Shown here one piece after another: positions 36,531 through 47,558 of a stretch of 64,000 bases of DNA; positions within the stretch are counted from its first letter, which is position 1, and each line of letters starts with the position of its first letter. A model generated the notes under the pieces. That model ran no database searches. It was given only the letters and a program-made list of their open reading frames with translations, and was not told where the DNA came from. The translations under genes and the position numbers were made by a program. This DNA comes from Plasmodiophora brassicae (Eukaryota). The stretch is from contig CP145419.1 in assembly GCA_036867785.1 (NCBI GenBank), positions 248,001-312,000 on the forward strand, in the 5' to 3' direction.

Positions 36531-37542
36531 TCACGAGCGAGGACTGGCGCAACAGCAGCTGATCATCCAGCGAGGCGTGGCTCGGTACATGTTTTGGCGG
36601 CAGAGCGGGCAGACGATACCTTCTTGTGCCCACGTTTCGATGCAGTTCCTGTGGAAGACGTGCCTGCAAGGCAGGCGCTTGTTTCCACGAAAGCGTTTCA
36701 ACGGGTCCAGGCAGATAATACATATGCTGGAGAACATGAAAAGATATGAGATCAGTACTCTTGCCCACGTTTTGATGCAGTTCCTATGGAAGACGTGCCT
36801 GCAAGACAGACGCTTGTTTCCACGAAAGCGTTTCAACGGGTCCAGACAGGTAATACATATGCTGGAGAATGAAAAGAGGTGAGATCATGAACTTCGAACA
36901 TCATATATGGTACCGTTTGGCGGGGTTGTCGTCTGGGCCGTCATTTTCCATCGTCAGCACCGTCATAGACGGTTGATCTTGTGTAGCTGGCATTGCGGAT
37001 GCGGCCTGTTGCCGGGACAGTGTCAGCGCTTGCAGCTGGGACGTAAGTGCTGCTTGCAGATCAACGTCTTCTTGAGACGCGTCGAGAGCAGAAATGAGCA
37101 GATGCACTTGAAGTTCTTGAGCCGCAGGCAAAAGCAGTTCGGGGTCCATATCTGCTGTAAGATGCACGTTCAGGAGCCATTGTCGAGCGCCGTCAATCTG
37201 TTATAGGGTAGCAATCCAGCATATAAGTAGACGCCAGCGAAAGAGCACAGTCGCTGAAGTACGTACATCATCCACTTCTCTCATGAACTTCGCAATCAGT
37301 CGCACAATCGTAGGGGCGAAATTGTGCAATGCTATGGGAACGTCCTCCTCATGCGCATCTAGATGGTGTGCCAGGACAGGCGAGTGAAAGGCGGCCCGCT
37401 CGTTGCAGATCACATAATAAGACTGCGGCGGAAAAGGACCCGGTTCCAGACGTACAGCGTCGGAGATTCCACTGATAAAGGTTATCAGGAGAACAGCGAC
37501 CACGGCAGGTTGAAGGCGTCTCGCAAGCAGGAACTTGGCCAT
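36531..37542 (-). CDS. Secreted SKP1/BTB-like + RING-H2 E3 ligase candidate effector
   Basis: Signal-like PAVVAVLLITFISGISDA; BTB-like SPVLAHHLD..PIALHNFAPTIVRLIAKFM..LLPAAQELQVHLL; RING-H2 CIICLD..LPCRHVFHRNCIETW..CPLCR. Introns at ~37198-37262 and ~36862-36912. Confidence 0.75.
36627..36887. repeat. Tandem ~127-bp duplication of the RING exon plus its splice acceptor
   Basis: 36627-36754 and 36762-36887 are near-identical. Confidence 0.92.
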
Positions 37543-38104
37543 TCTGAAATGCCTGACGGAGCGGGCGTGCGATTGAAGTCCGTCATTCCACGGGCGCCCG
37601 CACTTCACGGGTTGCTCGCAAAAGCTCTGCCAAGCAAACACACTGGCTTCTGGAGGATGCGGGAATGCGGCCGGGGTTTCTGTATCTGAGGTGACAATGC
37701 AAAATGCATCACTTGCAGGAGATATCTGCAATCCATACGTATCTATCGTAATTCTGGCCGCCCCTAACTGAACGCAAGTATGGCCTGTACCCTAGCTAAT
37801 TAAGGCTGTGCCACCAGACGTCGCCGTCCAGACCTCCTGACAGCTCTAGTACATCATGCCGGGACAGACAGGCCGCCACAGATATCAACCAAACCTCCCG
37901 CATCAAGCGGTCCTAAGGTTATACTCGGTGATCGACGTCTGGTGCGGAGGGTGCGCCATGTTCGGTGTCAGTTACGCAATGAGGGGATCGGACGTGGGTG
38001 GCTGGCGCGAAAGGGATAAAAGGGCATACGTGGAAATTCCAGAAATTCCAAACGCAGTATTACAAATGCATGTCAAGCTGCAACATGCCTAAGAGAGGGA
38101 GGCA

Positions 38105-39785
38105 TACCGCTTGCTCTCCTTGCTTTGAGAGCTGTCCACAGAATTACCGATATCCAGTACTGATGACGTCGACGCGACGATCCCCTGTCCAATATCCTAA
38201 CCACGAGGATGAACCCGAGCTTGGTCGCCCTTCGCACTGGACAGCAATTGAACTCGAACGACAGGCGCAGCTAAATGATGCTGAAGTTGTCTGCGTCTTC
38301 AGCTGCCCCGTGGTGGGGTACCTAACTACCCAGTCATTACCTACGGCTTCTCGACACTGAATCGGGAAAAAGACGTCGTGGCAAGCCATCGATGCGATCC
38401 GGATTCACGCTGCAATAAGCTATGCCTTCAGGTTACGCCGCCTATATCTTGATCCGCGCGAGTCCTTGACCTGCCCAGTGCACAGTGCCGTCGCGCCTTC
38501 CATTGGTCATTTCAATTGTACTTGATGAGCGCTCGACGCTTTGCGAAACAGGCAACAGTGGTTGGACGATACATAATGCTGTGCACTTGTTGTATTGACG
38601 TTAACGACCGGTGCGATTGCCTGCAGTTACCGATCAGACAAGCACGGAATGTTGACTCGGACAGTCTTCTCAGATAATTACGCGTCAAACGGTCGGAACG
38701 GTCCTTGTACGATGTCCAGATTTCAGATAATACCTCGAACAAGATCGCAGACACGACTACGACAGTCGTCGCGAGAACAAATATGTCGACGAACACCGCT
38801 TTAATTTCGGGGCCGTCGGCGTCGTCATGGCGACTTCTTGGGCAAAGCATAAGAATGATAAAACTGACCAGATGTTGTGCTTGAGACCTGGGCAACGCAG
38901 GTCTCAAGCACAACATCTGGTACCGCTTGCTCTCCTTGCTTCGAGAACTGTCCACAGAATTACCTCCTGTTCCACTGCCGTCGACGCGACGACCTGTTAT
39001 ATATCCTAACCATGAGGATGAACCCGAGCTTGGTCACCCTTCTCACTGGACCACAATTGACCTCGATTGACCTGCGCAGCTGATGGATACAGAAGCGCTT
39101 CTGCGTCTTCAGCTGCGCCGTGGTGGGGTGAACCATGAGGATGAACCCGAGCTTGGTCACCCTTCTCACTGGACCACAATTGATCACCTCGATTGACAGG
39201 TGCACCCGAAGGATACAGAAGCGCTTGTATGTCTTCAGCTGCGCCGTGTTGGGGTACCTACTCAGTCATTACCTATAGCTTCTCGACATAGATCGGGAGA
39301 AAGACGCCGTGGCACACGCTGCATTAAGAAGCTTTGCCGTCAGATTACGCCGATACCCTGATCCGCGCGAGTCCTTCATGACCTGCCAAATGCCCTCACG
39401 CCTTCCATTGGTCATTTCCGTTCTACTGGGGAGTGTTTCGACGCGTTGCGAAACAGGCAATAGTGGTTGGGCGATACATCACGGTTCTATTGAGTTTAAC
39501 GACCGAGGCGGTTGCCTGCAGTTATTGATCTGATCAGCACAGAATGTGACTCGTATAGTCTGCTCAGATAATTACGCGTCGCGCGGTCGGTACGGTCCTT
39601 ATACGATTGCCAGGTATCGCATAGTATCTCGAACATGTTGACGGACACGACTACGACGGTCGATGAGAGTACAAACACGTTGACGAGCACCTTCGCGACC
39701 GTCGACGTCGACGTCGACGTCGAGGCGACTTCTTCGGCAAAGCACAGGAAGGATAAAACTTGACAAATGCTGTACCTGAGGCCTG
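38105..39785. repeat. Diverged tandem duplication (~38105-38890 vs ~38921-39785) with a nested ~123-bp duplication (39008/39131)
   Basis: Both copies begin taccgcttgctctccttgct and encode on the - strand V(D/N)(I/V)FVL..TVVVVS...FE(V/I)L...W.SYKDR(S/T)DR.TRNYL.RL. Confidence 0.9.
38867..38921. repeat. Perfect hairpin: 24-bp stem, 7-nt loop
   Basis: accagatgttgtgcttgagacctg-ggcaacg-caggtctcaagcacaacatctggt. Confidence 0.97.
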
Positions 39786-40075
39786 TACGTGTTTCGATGA
39801 TCTACAACGGTATGTCAGCACGCGCTGGATGGGTTGAAGACAATGTCGCTCTACCCCCAACACCGCAAACACCACAGCGGCGGATAGGTAATAACGGCTC
39901 CAGAAGATGTTCTCCGTCAGCGGCCGGGCCTGACTCTTTCGACGTTAGCATCAGGACCAGGGCTACCACGGTATGTCGGTCGTCTGACCTGCACGACGGT
40001 GCCATCGCCGTCCAATGCCGCCCCGATGGCCCAGATCGCCATAACGAGGGCGACGCCGCCCGACAGCAGTTTCAT
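39400..40075 (-). CDS. Putative secreted/TM orphan gene, possibly degenerate; its 3' part is duplicated at 38105-38890
   Basis: Signal-like MKLLSGGVALVMAIWAIGAA followed by a GT donor; downstream TM-like segment; 3' end uncertain. Confidence 0.4.
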
Positions 40076-40619
40076 CACCGCGTCCATCCCCCAAATGTCG
40101 AAACAGGAAAAGGTTCCGCTCTGCACATATTCCCACCCTGCACTGGCCCTGGACAGAGCGTGTCGCGCGATCCTCTGCAGCACACGGGCTACCGCCATGT
40201 AACGGCGGCACCGCATTCCGACGGACCGAATTTCGTTGAATTGGCCGGCGGTTCGCCTCGCTACCGAGGTTGGGACCTGTTTGACAAAAATCGGCGGTCG
40301 GTATCATGCACACGGGCCTGTTTGCGATGAAGCACCTTTCCGACGTCATCAACGTCGCGCACCCGCGACGTCTTCATGGGGAGTTAAAGAGGTAAGAATA
40401 CACTTAGTTAAAACTATTGCGACATAGTAACGTACTTCGTTTTGAAAATCTATACAGAGAAAGAAATCCAATTGTTGATCCAGTAGCTTTCGAAGTATGT
40501 ATTGAGACCTTAGTTTGTCTTTTTAGGGGTGCTAGAGTCGCGATCACGATCCTGCCGACAGTGATGAGCGTCTGAGGAACGGTTGGGAACAATCGACGCC
40601 AAAATCCTGTTCAAGAATG

Positions 40620-40910
40620 TCACCAAGCCGCCTGGTAGAATTCAGCCTGTAAGGTACTGAAACTGGCTGCATACCGGACCGTACCTTCAGCGGGTGCGGT
40701 CTGACGATACATCTGCCATGCACTCAACGCGTCCGCGCTCAAGGCTTTAGCTCGGTTGTAGTCCTCCAACAGTGCCGGAAGGTTGGGATCGTTGCGGTCA
40801 GCCACGCACGCGTTCATGTAGGCTTGCTCACGGGCACACGCCTCGTCCATGCACTGAACGTAGTGCTCCCTCAGCTCGTTGTCGACATCGTGATGCAGCG
40901 GGAGAGACAT
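40620..40910 (-). CDS. Small hypothetical helical protein
   Basis: ~96-aa ORF with protein-like composition (LPALLEDYNRAKALSADALSAW); no family recognised. Confidence 0.35.
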   Translation of the reverse strand: MSLPLHHDVDNELREHYVQCMDEACAREQAYMNACVADRNDPNLPALLEDYNRAKALSADALSAWQMYRQTAPAEGTVRYAASFSTLQAEFYQAAW

Positions 40911-41531
40911 CAAACCTCATCCAACACCAACCGCACGACAGTCAGTGAAACGACTCAACAACGACGCGTTGACCGACTGCCGTCGGTCCCCGGCCGAATA
41001 CAATGCGCGTTTAGCAAAACCCAGGTAAGCTTGTTGAAGACGTCCGCGCAACTGAATATTAACGGCGAACGTTGAATCGGCCAGGATCGGGCGTCGGCAA
41101 GTGATCGGGGCCTGTCTATCATACGCTTGTCAAGTGTCACGCGTACATGGATCCGGTCCCGGGACGAGTACCGCACGACATTCTCCAGGCCTTCGAAGGC
41201 GGAGTGGGCCGGTTCGATTCCCGGCGACATATCGTGGCAGTGACGTTCTTCGGCAGCCGACGCTGTAAGTGGAATTGTTTAGCGTCCTACCTATGTAGCT
41301 ACCTTCTGCGTTTCATACGCGAAAGCGGGGCTTGTTTAGTCTGGCAGCGTTTATCACGTTCAGAACATGACTGTGAACTGGTTCCTTAACTATAACCGTA
41401 GTACATGTGGCCGCCGTCTTGAAAAATATCCCAAAGGCGTGCCCGGGATGGATGAAGCACAGCTCTGAGCTCCAGGTGCCCACGGCGGCGGCGTCACTTT
41501 CGCGGATTGCGGTTGTCGGCATCGTTTGGCG

Positions 41532-42977
41532 ATGCGCGTCATTGCGGAATTGCAGGCGTTGTGCCCGGTGTGCAATGGGGCACCCAGTCCGTTGTCGTTG
41601 TACCTGTGTGAGGCGGATCATGAAGGACGCGGGTCGCTGGTCCAGTGTGCGCTCTGCGCTATGCCGACGTCCGTTAGTCGCGTCGTCTGCCTTGTCTGCT
41701 GGGCTGATCCTCCACAGGACGGAATGGTATGCGTGCATGTCGTGCTCGACCGTCACCTCATCGATATCGGCCGCGAAGACGAACGCTACCTGCGAAAAGG
41801 TTCGATCGAGTGCTATGCCGTTCTGTTTCCAACGCAGTGTCCCCAGTGCATGGAATGTCCTGTCTGCCGAACCCGGCTACACGTTGTCGGTTCCGATAAT
41901 CGGTTCACTTACACCTGCCCGTACTGCGCGTGGGAGCCGGCATCGCTCTGCGAAGCAACACCATCCGCGCTTCTGGGTAACCTCTTAGGTATTCGCTGAA
42001 TCCTCCACCTTCTGATCTTCCGTACTGCAGACCGATGCCGCTCGTTGCAAGACGAAAAGGACACCGATCATATCGGCCGGATTGCACGTATCGTTCGGCA
42101 TCATCGGGATGGCACGCCTTTCGCGTCAGACGAAGGCAAAGGCGGTGGCAATGCCGCGTCCGTATCGGACGTCGTTGCAGCATGGAAGGCGAACGAGCGA
42201 AACGAACTATTGTCATCATCGGCTCGATGGGCAGATCCGATGCGACAGCCTCATCGAGCCACAGACCTGATCCCGCTTCGCGGTCGTTTGGTTCCTCGGC
42301 CGACGCTCTTGTGCAGGACATGCCGTAGGTTCCTCGTCAAGGTTTGGAATGTCCGTTCGCCCCAAGGAATTCTTTGAATGGATGGTTAATGTCAGCCGGA
42401 AATCGACTGTCGATCAGCATCGTTCAAGGTCAACGCGCTTGCGACGTCAGTAGCTCGACGAGATTGTTTGCAATGTCCCATAGGTACTGATTTTCAGTTC
42501 AGATCTGTCATGCCGAAAGTTAAAGTTCTACAAGATAGTGAGAGAGTGTGCCTGGAACTATCGAATGTCGCTCCGTACGTCTGCTCTATACATGCAGGTC
42601 CACATCAGGTTCAATGTGGACCCTACTTTCGTCGGCGTCGTCGGAGCAGTAATTTTCTCCAGCCTGTTGTCCCGGTCGATGCAATTGCTAAGCTTTCAGA
42701 CAGGTTTGAATCCCTCCGAAGCCGCAGACGAATCAGTTGTCACCATTGACGTCGAGAGTTCTCTGGGTCTTCGTGGCGAGGCGAAAGACGACCTCGTGCG
42801 TAACTTATTGCCATAGCGGTTCCGCCTGTCTCAGGTTGCTTCCTGCAGGTCACGGTTTCCATCCAACTGGGCATTGAGTTCTTGGACAGCCCCATACGTC
42901 CCTTTCGGGTGCTTATGGCCAGTACAATTAGCGCATTCGCCTGCGACTGCAACGATCTAGCATGGCTGCATCGATGA
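41532..42977 (+). CDS. DCTN4: Dynactin subunit 4 (p62)
   Basis: LYLC...C..C, CMECPVCRTRL..YTCPYCAW and LIPLRGRLVPRPTLLCRTCRRFLVK|PE..FKVNALA match the p62 Cys-cluster pattern. Confidence 0.8.
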
Positions 42978-43775
42978 CTGCGCTTTGTCCTCGGACAGTG
43001 CTGATGGGAACAGTTGGCATTACAAGTTTGGCTTAGCTATACGGTGCGTGTGCCTCTCAATGATGACTGTCTGACCGAATTCAGCGTCGTCGTGTTGGCG
43101 CATAGTACCAGGATGTAGAATATTGTATGATTGGTATGCCCCAACGCATCCGACCCCACACACTTGTCGTTCGACGAGGGTTGCTAATAATGCACGGATC
43201 GATACTGCCCGGGCAATGAATGCTCGGACTCGATACCCATCCGGGCGGCCGCATTCCGCTTTCGCTGGTTGTCATCGAGCGCCCCCGCTGGGTCGAAGTG
43301 GGAGGCCTCCGCGATGTGTTTGGTCTGCTTAAGGACGCCACCGTCACCCAATCGGAGTACGATGACTTGAAGCGAGTGCTACAAGTGAGGCAATGTGCGC
43401 CCATTAGCAACAGATGTCTCCTGCTTGCGCGGGAAGGCCACTGGATCCTTCTCACAAACACCCATGAGTGACAATATGACAGCTTTGGCGGGGAAGGAAG
43501 AGGCAAAAGTTGATTCCAGTTCGCCGAAGAACAACGCGGCAATGTCTCCACAGGCGTCTACGACTTGACAGACCCCAGTTCGAGGAATCGTTTGAACTTG
43601 ACCATGCAGACGCCCTCGACTTAAACCATTACGAAGATGTTCTCTGTAGCGTTGGCGGGCCGCCCGTGTCTGATGACGACTTGGCCGTCTTTATTGGTAT
43701 ATAACCGATCAGCCGCCCCGCAGCTGCCCCAGAACTGCCCGACTGGCGCAGTCCGTAACTGCCCAACAGACACTG

Positions 43776-43961
43776 GCGCTGTGACAATTAGGGGAACGTG
43801 CGCTGTGACAATTAGGGGAACGTGCGCTGTGACAATTAGGGGAACGTGCGCTGTGACAATTAGGGGAACGTGCGCTGTGACAATTAGGGGAACGTGCGCT
43901 GTGACAATTAGGGGAACGTGCGCTGTGACAATTAGGGGAACGTGCGCTGTGACAATTAGGG
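43776..43961. repeat. Perfect 24-bp minisatellite, 7 full copies + 1 partial
   Basis: Unit gcgctgtgacaattaggggaacgt, head-to-tail with no spacers. Confidence 0.98.
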
Positions 43962-44118
43962 AGTAATAGGCATTTTAAGACATCAAATCTATCGTGTATT
44001 TGGACTGCCGAAGCCGTCGGTTGCCGTGGACGTTTATTCAAACTGCGCGGCTGCGCGACCTCCGTCGCGGCCGTGCCATAACATGCGGCGTGGCGAGGGC
44101 CCAAAAGTCGCACATGTC

Positions 44119-44139
44119 GGGGGGGGGGGGGGGGGGGGG
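44119..44139. repeat. G21 homopolymer
   Basis: Directly visible; flanked by agtcgcac on both sides. Confidence 0.95.
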
Positions 44140-44501
44140 CACAGTCGCACTTTTCGATAGTGCGCCCGTCGGGCAGATCACGGTTAGTGGCATTGAAGTG
44201 TACTGTGCCGCTCCCGCGAGTCGTGCCTACCTGTGCGGCGAATGTGTCTCCACAATCGCTTCGACCAGCCCCTTCTTTGATGTGCGTGTGGAACGACCCC
44301 AAGCTGTGTGCAGATAGAGTGAAATGATAGTGCGACACCAAACATTGGCCTAGGTTTCCTAACGCCAAACGTTCCGTGTCGGCGCGTAACAGCGATTGCC
44401 ACCTGCTCTGGTTGGGTCGTCGCCATTGGCCGGTGCCGCCTCGCGTTGCGGTTCTGGCGCCGTCGCGCAGTACCTAATTGCCGCGTCCAGCGTTGCAGAC
44501 A

Positions 44502-47308
44502 ATGGCGGAGCGCGGCGGGCTCGTGCCAGCGGCGGCGTCGCAGTCGGCGTCGTCGCTGACCGACGAGATGATCGACAAGTTCGTGCTGTCGTACCTGCGG
44601 TCCCGCGGGTACGCGCGAGCAGGTCGGGATATCGTCGCGACATGTGGTAGCGTCTGTGCTGATGATGGGCGCCAAGAGGACGTATTCCGGCAGCAGTTGC
44701 ATGCCGATGGCCTGGACCAGTTCGCGCATAGCGTCAGCGTTGAATGCCATGCGACGACCGTGCAGCAGATTCTCCAGGGATATAATCAGCAGCAGCAGTC
44801 TCCTGACTGGTATGCCGAAGCGTTTCAGGTAATTGCATTTCAAGCACTATTAGACCAATCCCACTGAGTCTCTGCACGATTTATCAGGCTCTGCAGGACT
44901 GGGTGGAAGGCTCTCTTGACAAATACCGTCTGGAGCTTCATGCAGTCTTGTTCCCTGTGTTCCTCCATTGTTATTTTGAGTTGATCCTGAAAGGGTTCCC
45001 TTACGATGCTCACACATTTATGGAAAGGTCGTATCTAAAACCGCTGTTTAACCTGTGTCGAATAAGCTGACCCGTCAATGCAGATTCCGTCGTGAGTTTG
45101 AAACGCGGCAAAGCCGCGAGATTCAGTCGGTCACTGGTTTGCAATATCCTGAACAACTGGACGGGAATGCTACAGCGAAGCGTTTTCGGACGTACAAAGT
45201 TGACGTTGTTGTATGTGAATCCACTGTTCAGATAGCGATCACTCGACTGATTGAGTGACGCATAGCTCTCGTCGTACTCTCACCAGCTGCTGATGTCGTT
45301 CCTACAAGAGACAAAACTTTACCTGCTGTTGAAGATTATCAACGAGCACATCAATCTGTCGATTATGACCGCGAAACCCCTAACATCGGCAGAAATTGGT
45401 GGCGGCAAGGAAGCTGGTATATTTCAAAAATTGCCATTCTTGCTTTCTGGATTACCTAAACCTGGGTGACTCCCAGGCACGAGTGAAATAACTGGGCTGA
45501 CGCCTTCAGAAATCGAAACGATGAATAGCCGCGAGGTGGAATGGGGTCTCCTGAAGTCTGTAACAGACATCATCGCAGATGAGACTGCTGCAATCAGTAA
45601 AACCGAGGCTTCTGGTGGTCAGCCTGATTCTGGACAGGATCGAGCCGACATGGACATTGTCGGCGGCCCAGAGGTCTGCGTATTTGCCGCTGGACAATCG
45701 TCACTCCATTCCTTGACTAATGACGGATGCACAGGACGTCTCGTCGCTGGCGAAGAAAGCCAAATCTGGTGACGAACCGCCACCCCGTACAGCTGAATCT
45801 CGTATTCCACTACCTCCTGTGACTCCTGCCCTGAAACAGAAGATTATTGATGTTGGCTTGTGCCCTTGTCTCGTCTAGCCCGTCTAACCTCATGGTTTCC
45901 CAGGATCTCCATGCTCGTCTGAATATTCTTCCTGCAGTAACCATGAAGCCATCCGTTTGCTGCTACACCTTCTTGAATTCAGCCGAAACCCTCAACAGGA
46001 TTCATATATCTCGAGGTTTGTGTGCGAGATGCCGTATTTTCCGTCATGTGAAGGACTTACTCTGGGCGTAGACGCAGCGACAGTTTGCGGTGGCTACAGC
46101 GACTCATCCATTAAAGTATGGACACTGGATGGCAAATCGAAAGGGTCGAGTTTGCCCGCGTCGAAACCTTATCGATCGTTGATTGGCCACGCGGGACCCG
46201 TCTTCAGTATCGACATGTCTCGGGACATGCGATTTGTCCTGTCTTCATCTGAAGATGGAACTGTCCGGTACGCAGAGCTCTACAGTTGTCTAATCGTCAC
46301 TGCTGACTTTTAGATTAGTTTATGGTCTCTCAGTGAAATGCTCGGCCTTGTCAGCTACCGCGGCCACAACTATCCTGTGTGGGACGTCAAATTTAGTCCA
46401 CTGGGTATGCTCGGGCGCACTGTGGTTATCTTTGTCACTGCCTAAAAGACCTACAGACTTCTACTTCGTCAGCGCGTCTCACGACCGCACAGCGCGCCTA
46501 TGGTCTACAGAGCACATCTTCCCGCTTCGTATTTTCACCGGGCACATCTCAGACGTTGACTGTGTTGCCTTTCATCCAAACTGTAACTATGTCCTAACGG
46601 GCTCAACTGATAAATCCATTCGGTTCTGGGATATTCAGGTCGGTATTGTACGCTCCCGCTTCCGACGCGACGCTGACGGGCATTGCTTAGAGTGGTGAAT
46701 GCTGCCGGATATTTCGTGGATCAAACGCATACATTCGCAGTGTATCTGTTTCTCCATGGTACTAGATGTTCAGTACTCGTGAGCTGGCAACTAACGTTTC
46801 ATTTAGCGGGCGCGTTGCTGCGGCTGGTGACTCTGCTGGGCAAGTCTCTCTTTTCGATCTGGGCAGCGCTCAAGTCATTGCCAGGTTCGATGGACACAGC
46901 CAGGTTCGAAACGGCCGACATGCTTCTGCGGCACTTCTGTTCATCATTGACGTTGTGTTAGGCGGTGACATGCTTGGATTGGAGTGCGTCTGGGAAGCAG
47001 CTGGCATCCGGGTCTCTGGATTCTTCAGTGCGTGTATGGAATGTATCCACGCGTAAGCATGAGTGACGTGATCTCATGCGAACAATAATCCGACGTGTTC
47101 TTAGCGGATCGCAACGCCCAGGCAAGAGCGCCGATATCGACTGCCAACGCACCCGCGCATGTCCGATATGCTTTGCAATTCGCTGATCTCCCATCTGACT
47201 GCCTGTTTGCTGTGTCAGGTGTTTCACACGAAGTCGACGCCGATCTCGTTCCTACGGTATTCGCCGAGCGACTTATTATTGGCGGGAGGCGTATTCCGTC
47301 CAGTATAA
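44502..47308 (+). CDS. TAF5: TFIID subunit 5
   Basis: LisH-like IDKFVLSYLRSRGY; NTD2 WVEGSLDKYRLELHAVLFPVFLHCYFELI; PSVCCYTFLN; WD40s (GHAGPVF, YRGHNYPVWDV, SASHDRTARLW, FHPNCNYVLTGSTDK); C-terminal FHTKSTPI. Confidence 0.95.
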
Positions 47309-47558
47309 ACGCGAACTTCTGTCTACCACTTTTCAGCTCCACAAATAGCGTCTTGTCTAGCCAGTCACGCAGTGCTGCGGCCCGTCGATGGCGACGGCGT
47401 GGCGGCGTGTCCCGCGTGCTGCGTGCGCGGCGAGTCATCCCTCGCAGTTTGCTGAGGCCCGGCCCGTTCGCAGTCCGTGGTTCTGCAGCGATCTCTAATC
47501 GAGCAGCTCCCGACGGGCGGCATTGAGCCCTCACGAGCCACCGTCCCTCTGCAAACCA

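Noticed and set aside
39701..39723. (GTCGAC)n palindromic run, and (GAC)n runs at ~26846 and ~29997
   Set aside because: Short microsatellites expected from this genome's strong CGAC/GTCG bias.
41185..41230. tRNA suggested by gccggttcgattcccggc (T-arm/B-box-like)
   Set aside because: The T-loop geometry is off, and no acceptor stem, D-arm or anticodon arm could be built.
43776..43961. CRISPR array
   Set aside because: Units are contiguous with no unique spacers, the context is eukaryotic, and the nearby 'Cas1' is the unrelated O-acetyltransferase family.
43637..44368. ORFs with TCAVTIRG / SPNCHSAR repeats
   Set aside because: By-products of the 24-bp array, with no synonymous variation or other coding signal.
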